A stretch of DNA of 64,000 bases, taken from positions 363,134,001 to 363,198,000 of the forward strand of contig OZ024740.1 in the NCBI GenBank assembly GCA_964016885.1. The letters are read 5' to 3'. A program made the translations under genes and the position numbers. Source of the stretch: Eledone cirrhosa (lineage: Eukaryota). The stretch's first letter is position 1. Every line of letters starts with the position of its first letter. Below are positions 61,801-64,000 of the stretch, piece by piece. The notes beneath the pieces were generated by a model, which was not told where the DNA came from, did no database searches, and saw only the letters and a program-made list of their open reading frames with translations.

Positions 61801-62860
61801 CAGAAGTGATCGTGTGAGGAGTTGGGTGGAATGGTTGGTGAACTGAAGTGATCGAGTGAGATGTTGGGTGGAATGGTTGGTGAACAGAAGTGATCGAGTG
61901 AGGAGTTGGGTGGAATGGTTGGTGAATAGAAGTGATCGAGTGAGGAGTTGGGTGGAATGGTTGGTGAACAGAAGTGATCGAGTGTGGAGTTGGGTGGAAT
62001 GGTTGGTGAACAGAAGTGATCTTGTGAGATGTTGGGTGGAATGGTTGGTGAACAGAAGTGATCGAGTGAGGAGTTGGGTGGAATGGTTGGTGAACAGAAG
62101 TGATCGAGTGAGGAGTTGGGTGGAATGGTTGGTGAACTGAAGTGATCGAGTGAGATGTTGGGTGGAATGGTTGGTGAACAGAAGTGATCGAGTGAGGAGT
62201 TGGGTGGAATGGTTGGTGAATAGAAGTGATCGAGTGAGGAGTTGGGTGGAATGGTTGGTGAATAGAAGTGATCGAGTGAGGAGTTGGGTGGAATGGTTGG
62301 TGAACAGAAGTGACCGAATGAGGATTTGGGTGGAATGGTTGGTGATCGAGTGTGGAGGTGGGTGGAATGGTTCGTGAACAGAAGTGATCGTGTGAGGAGT
62401 TGGGTGGAATGGTTGGTGAACAGAAGTGATCGTGTAAGGAGTTGGGTGGAATGGTTGGTGAACAGAAATGATCGAGTGTGGAGTTGGGTGGAATGGTTGG
62501 TGAACAGAAGTGATCGAGTGTGGAGTTGGGTGGAATGGTTGGTGAACAGAAGTGATCGAGTGAGGAGTTGGGTGGAATGGTTGGTGAACAGAAGTGACCG
62601 AATGAGGAGTTGGGTGGAATGGTTGGTGATCGAGTGTGGAGGTGGGTGGAATGGTTGGTGAACAGAAGTGATCGTGTGAGGAGTTGGGTGGAATGGTTGG
62701 TGAATAGAAGTGATCGAGTGTGGAGTTGGGTGGAATGGTTGGTGAACAGAAGTGATCGACTGTGGAGTTGGGTGGAATGGTTGGTGAACAGAAGTGATCT
62801 TGTGAGGAGTTGGGTGGAATGGTTGGTGAACAGAAGTGATCGTGTGAGGAGTTGGGTGGA
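57990..62860. repeat. Higher-order tandem duplication, offset 2416 bp
   Basis: AGAATTGATC at 58171/60587. ORF-track pairs 58096/60512, 59146/61562, 59910/62326, 60194/62610. Confidence 0.88.
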
Positions 62861-64000
62861 ATGGTTGGTGAACAGAAGTGATCGAGTGTGGAGTTGGGTG
62901 GAATGGTTGGTGAACAGAAGTGATCGAGTGAGGAGTTGGGTGGAATGGTTGGTGAACAGAAGTGATCGAGTGTGGAGTTGGGTGGAATGGTTGGTGAACA
63001 GAAGTGATCGAGTGAGGAGTTGGGTGGAATGGTTGGTGAACAGAAGTGATCGAGTGTGGAGTTGGGTGGAATGGTTGGTGAATAGAAGTGATCGAGTGTG
63101 GAGTTGGGTGGAATGGTTGGTGAACAGAAGTGATCGAGTGTGGAGTTGGGTGGAATGGTTGGTGAATAGAAGTGATCGAGTGTGGAGTTGGGTGGAATGG
63201 TTGGTGAACAGAAGTGATCTTGTGAGGAGTTGGGTGGAATGGTTGGTGAACAGAAGTGATCGTGTGAGGAGTTGGGTGGAATGGTTGGTGAACAGAAGTG
63301 ATCGTGTGAGGAGTTGGGTGGAATGGTTGGTGAACAGAAGTGATCGAGTGAGGAGTTGGGTGGAATGGTTGGTGAGCAGAAGTGATCGTGTGAGGAGTTG
63401 GGTGGAATGGTTGGTGAATAGAAGTGATCGAGTGAGGAGTTGGGTGGAATGGTTGGTGAACAGAAGTGATCGAGTGTGGAGTTGGGTGGAATGGTTGGTG
63501 AACAGAAGTGATCGAGTGAGGAGTGGGGTGGAATAGTTGGTGAACAGAAGTGATCGAGTGAGGAGTTGGGTGGAATGGTTGGTGAATAGAAATGATCGAG
63601 TGAGGAGTTGGGTGGAATGGTTGGTGAACAGAAGTGATCGTGTGAGGAGTTGGGTGGAATGGTTGGTGAACAGAAGTGATCGTGTGAGGAGTTGGGTGGA
63701 ATGGTTGGTGAACAGAAGTGATCGAGTGAGGAGTTGGGTGGAATGGTTGGTGAACAGAAGTGATCGAGTGAGGAGTTGGGTGGAATGGTTGGTGAACAGA
63801 AGTGATCGAGTGAGGAGTTGGTGGAATGGTTGGTGAACAGAAGTGATGGAGTGTGGAGTTGAGTGGAATGGTTGGTGAACAGAAGTGATCGAGTATGGAG
63901 TTGGGTGGAATGGTTCGTGTTCAGAAGTGATCGAGTGTGGAGTTGGGTGGAATGGTTGGTGAACAGAAGTGATCGAGTGAGGAGTTGGGTGGAATGGTTG

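Larger units (their letters stand above)
1961..64000 (+). repeat. Satellite/minisatellite array, 42-bp G-rich monomer, ~1,480 head-to-tail copies, extending to the right window edge
   Basis: Consensus GAGTGAGGAGTTGGGTGGAATGGTTGGTGAACAGAAGTGATC (19 G, 11 A, 10 T, 2 C). Common variants: AAC/AAT, CGA/CGT/CTT, GAGG/GTGG/ATGG, GGA/ATG, ACAG/ACTG. About 30 monomers of 32 bp, three of 43 bp and one of 41 bp. No inversion or foreign insertion was seen. Confidence 0.99.

Noticed and set aside
2159-63836. Dozens of plus-strand (RSWVEWLVNRSDRV)n ORFs
   Set aside because: They are translations of the satellite's single stop-free plus frame, broken wherever an ACTGA, AATAG or AAATGA variant or a 32-mer occurs.
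1961-64000. CRISPR array or other repeat-spacer system
   Set aside because: There are no unique spacers; monomers are contiguous and differ only by point variants. No cas genes are present and the context is eukaryotic.
1961-64000. Relationship to human satellite II/III (GGAAT)n or the Jeffreys minisatellite core GGAGGTGGGCAGGARG
   Set aside because: There is only one TGGAATGG per monomer and a partial GGAG(T/G)TGGG match. Such short matches are expected by chance in G-rich repeats.
1961-64000. Telomerase-synthesised repeat
   Set aside because: Multi-kb blocks of ordered variants are copied en bloc, which indicates DNA-templated duplication rather than repeated copying of one short RNA template. 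No canonical TTAGGG tract is present.

Overview
Eukaryotic, non-genic window; no host gene is supported. Positions 1-1960 are a flank rich in transposable elements and microsatellites. It holds a Tc1/mariner-type transposase N-terminus fragment and a decayed RTE-like LINE 3' end, both on the minus strand. It also holds a tRNA-derived SINE with a perfect 18-bp target-site duplication, inside a ~160-bp local duplication whose second copy preserves the empty site. The SINE and CA/TA-rich context resemble octopus/cephalopod DNA, from recall only. From ~1961 to the window end there is one uninterrupted, single-orientation satellite array of ~1,480 copies of a 42-bp G-rich monomer (GAGTGAGGAGTTGGGTGGAATGGTTGGTGAACAGAAGTGATC). 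It contains recurrent 32-bp deletion monomers and nested higher-order duplications (offsets 504, 1418, 1890, 2090, 2416, 2668, 4022, 5356 and 7615 bp). The giant minus-strand ORFs (up to 10,785 aa) are best explained as compositional artefacts. The most notable structural signal is a thrombin-aptamer-type G-quadruplex motif (GGGTGGAATGGTTGG) in the monomer, repeated every four helical turns.
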